Shown here: one piece after another, positions 61,344 through 64,000 of the stretch
Numbering within the stretch: position 1 is the first letter of the stretch
Layout of the letters: the number at the start of each line of letters is the position of its first letter
NCBI GenBank assembly: GCA_963813025.1
Contig: CAWEXO010000011.1
Coordinates: forward strand, 256,001-320,000
Origin: an uncultured Verrucomicrobiae bacterium
Lineage (GTDB): Bacteria; Verrucomicrobiota; Verrucomicrobiia; Chthoniobacterales; JAFAMB01
Direction: 5' to 3'
Length of the DNA: 64,000 nt
Program-made: the position numbers and the translations under genes
The notes under the pieces: generated by a model
Told to the model about the DNA's origin: nothing
The model's input: the letters and a program-made list of their open reading frames with translations, nothing else
Databases searched by the model: none

Positions 61344-61745
61344 TTACCAAACCAAAGCCAGCAATTCGCCGCCGATATTTTCCTTTTGAGCCTGCCGGCC
61401 CGTGATAATCCCGCGCGAAGTGGAAAAGATCGCAACGCCCATTCCGCCGAGCACCCGGGGAATTTCCTTCGAGCCGACATATTTGCGCAGCCCGGGTTTG
61501 CTGACGCGCTTCAGCCCGGTGAACGCCGGAGTGCGATTCACAAACTTCATCGTCACCTTAATCCTGCGGTTTGCGCCGCGGTATCGACCGTCAAATTCGG
61601 CAGATGTAACCTTCCTGCTTCAGGATGCGCGCGATCTCCTCCTTCAATCGCGAGTACGGCAGCGGAGACATCGTTCGATTGCGCGCGGCCGCGTTGCGCA
61701 AGCCGCGTCAGAAAATCTGCAATAGGATCAGAAAGATGTACTCAT
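61344..61745 (-). CDS. rpsH: 30S ribosomal protein S8 (frameshifts)
   Basis: [32 protein letters not shown]. Confidence 0.93.
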
Positions 61746-62329
61746 GACTCTCCTGGGCGAAGCCTCCTGGGCCGGCTGCTTGCGTCGCTGAACGGCACGC
61801 CCAGCTCAGCCAGCAAAGCCTTGGCCTCTTCATTCGTTTTTGCCGTGGTGACAATCGTAATATCGAATCCGATGTTGCGTTTGATTTTGTCGAGCTCCAC
61901 TTCGGGAAAAATCGACTGATCCTGCACGCCCAGTGTGTAGTTGCCGTGACCATCAAAAGCCTTCGGCGAAATTCCGCGAAAATCGCGAATGCGCGGCAAG
62001 CGCCATTTTGATGAGGCGCTCGAGGAATTCATACATGCGATCGCCGCGCAAAGTGACTTTCGCGCCGATGGCCTGGCCTTGCGCAGCTTGAAATTCGAGA
62101 TGCTTTTCTTGGATTTTGTTTCCGCCGCCTTCTGGCCGGTGATCAAGCGCGAACTCCGCCTTGGCATCTTCCAAGGCCTGCTTCGCGTCGGCTGCGTGAG
62201 CCGAAACACAAGTATTCACCACCACCTTTCGTACTCTGGGCACTTGCAACAGATTCTTATACCCCATGCTCTTCGCGCAGCGCCGGGACAACCCGTTCCT
62301 GATAATCCTTGATAAAGTTCGGCTTGCAT
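61742..62329 (-). CDS. rplE: 50S ribosomal protein L5 (frameshifts)
   Basis: KVTLRGDRMYEFLERL, LPRIRDFRG, FDGHGNYTLG, IFPE. Confidence 0.94.
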
Positions 62330-62333
62330 TGGT

Positions 62334-62611
62334 TTACTCTCTCTCGACTCTTTCTTCGCGCTTCGGAGCCGACGGATCTCCGACCAGCTTCACGTTCGAG
62401 ATGTGGATCGGGCCTTCGCGCGTGACGATCGCGCCATTCGGATTATCCTGCGATTTGCTTCAACGTCTTTTTGATCAGGCGCACGCCCTCGATCAGAACC
62501 TGCTGTTTCTTCGGCAACACCTGCAGCATCTTCCCCGTCGCTCCCCGATGGTTCCCGGAGATGACTTCGACTTCATCTCCTTTTTTCACGTGAAACTTGC
62601 ACGCGGCTCAT
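62334..62611 (-). CDS. rplX: 50S ribosomal protein L24 (frameshifts)
   Basis: Manual HVKKGDEVEVISG...REGPIHISNVKLV. Confidence 0.9.
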
Positions 62612-62972
62612 AATACCTCCGGCGCCAGCGAAATGATTTTCATGAAATTCTCTCGCGCAACTCGCGCGCGACCGGCCCGAAAATGCGGGTTCCTCGCGGA
62701 TTCAGATCCTTGTCGATGATGACAATGGCGTTGTTATCGAAACGCAGGTAGGAACCGTCGTCGCGTTTGACCGGTTGCCTGGTTCGCACCACCACGGCCC
62801 GAACCACCTCGCCCTTTTTTACCGTGCCGCCGGCCGACGCTTCCTTCACGTTGCAAGTGATCACGTCGCCGATCGAGGCATAAAGCGTCGGTTTGCCGAT
62901 GACGCCGATCATGGTCGCCATCCGCGCGCCGGTATTATCGGCGACATCCAATCTGGAACGAAGTTGAATCAT
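62608..62972 (-). CDS. rplN: 50S ribosomal protein L14 (frameshift near C-terminus)
   Basis: [42 protein letters not shown]. Confidence 0.97.
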
Positions 62973-62992
62973 CGGTGTCTTCCCAAAGAGAG

Positions 62993-63401
62993 TTAGTGTT
63001 TCAGCACTTCGACCAGCCGCCAACGTTTCAGCCGGCTCAGCGGCCGGGTTTCCTCGACCCGCACCAGGTCGCCGACCGCACAATGGTTTTCCTCGTCGTG
63101 CGCGTACAATTTTTTCGTGCGCTTCACGATCTTGCCAAACTTGGAGTGCGGCACACGCCGGACAACCGCAACCACGATGGTCTTATCCATTTTATTGGAG
63201 ACAACCTCGCCGACGCGGGTCTTCCGAAGATGCCGCTTCGGAACTTCCGCCTGGAGCGGCGCCGGTGCCGGCGCGGTCTCTGCCGCAACGGAGGACGTCA
63301 ACTCTTCCGGAACCGGTCCGCCGCAGCCGGCCTATCGTCGATTTTACCGTTGCCGATTCCGCCGTGGCAGTTTCTTCAGTCTCCGAATTCTCTTCAGCCA
63401 T
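62993..63401 (-). CDS. rpsQ: 30S ribosomal protein S17 with acidic N-terminal extension (frameshift in the extension)
   Basis: [33 protein letters not shown]; upstream [16 protein letters not shown] from ATG 63401. Confidence 0.9.
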
Positions 63402-63403
63402 TT

Positions 63404-63686
63404 TTAAAAATTCCTCTCACAAGCCGTCCTCAGAAAAGACGGTAGTCTCTCTAGGGCTTTTTCCTGCCGGCCGTTCGCGCCTTCGTTTGCGCTCGTCTGG
63501 CTGACCCGCTCCGTCAGAATCGTCTCGATGCGGGCAACCTCGCGGCGATTCAGGCGCAGAACGCTCGGCTTTTCCAGCGCGCCGGTCTGCTGCTGCAGAC
63601 GGAGATGAAACATCTCCTTCTCGCAGCTCCCGGCGCCGAACCAGCAGCTCGTCGTTGCTCAATTCCCGTAATTCTTTGATTTTCAT
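63404..63686 (-). CDS. rpmC: 50S ribosomal protein L29 (frameshifts; 3' end uncertain)
   Basis: [14 protein letters not shown]...[16 protein letters not shown]...[11 protein letters not shown]. Confidence 0.9.
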
Positions 63687-63698
63687 CGCTAAATGCTC

Positions 63699-64000
63699 TT
63701 ACAGAGCTACGGCGTGATGCCGAGCCAGGAATCGGGTGCGGACCGGCAGCTTGGTCGCCGCCAGGCGCAGCGATTCGCGCGCGACCGATTCCGGTACACC
63801 GTCCAGTTCAAAAGAATGTTGCCCGGCCGCACCGTCGCGACCCAATATCGGGCTTGCCTTTGCCTTTACCCATTCGGGTTTCCGGCGGGCGCTCCGTCAC
63901 CGATTTGTCCGGGAAAATCTTGATCCAGAGCTTGCCTTTTCTTTTCATGTTGCGGGTCAACGCAACACGCGCCGCTTCGATCTGGGTGTTCGTGATCCAG
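63699..64000 (-). CDS. rplP: 50S ribosomal protein L16, 3' part (frameshifts)
   Basis: Manual [31 protein letters not shown]...RMGKGKG. Confidence 0.93.

Overview
Core-genome window of a moderately GC-rich bacterium, most likely Verrucomicrobiota (Chthoniobacterales-like; inferred from gene order, double-length UvrA, no L30 gene in the spc cluster and protein style). The left end holds rpsB (partial), a cobalamin adenosyltransferase gene and the rpoC-rpoB-rplL-rplJ-rplA-rplK-nusG-secE-tRNA-Trp-tuf-tRNA-Thr cluster. The right end holds the S10/spc/alpha ribosomal cluster (rplP to rpsD, with no rpsN, rpmD, rpoA or rplQ). The middle carries envelope, lipid, repair and stress genes, tRNA-Pro, tRNA-Leu, SRP RNA and a SAM-I riboswitch over a thrC-like/MoaD pair. 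Many frameshifts in essential genes (about 14.1, 15.7, 18.5-21.7, 36, 37.9 and 56-64 kb) look like long-read indel errors. Features missed by the ORF track: (1) an intact Rdx/SelW-family selenoprotein (CxxU, in-frame TGA, SECIS-like hairpin); (2) cassettes bracketed by inverted short tandem repeats, one 'filled' with a four-helix-bundle gene and one 'empty' with the same arms, plus other repeat-unit families with similar architecture; (3) a 297-bp CTAG-ended MITE-like element and two REP-doublet hairpins; (4) two decayed toxin-antitoxin modules, one collapsed into an in-frame antitoxin-toxin chimera; (5) a small membrane-protein ORF.
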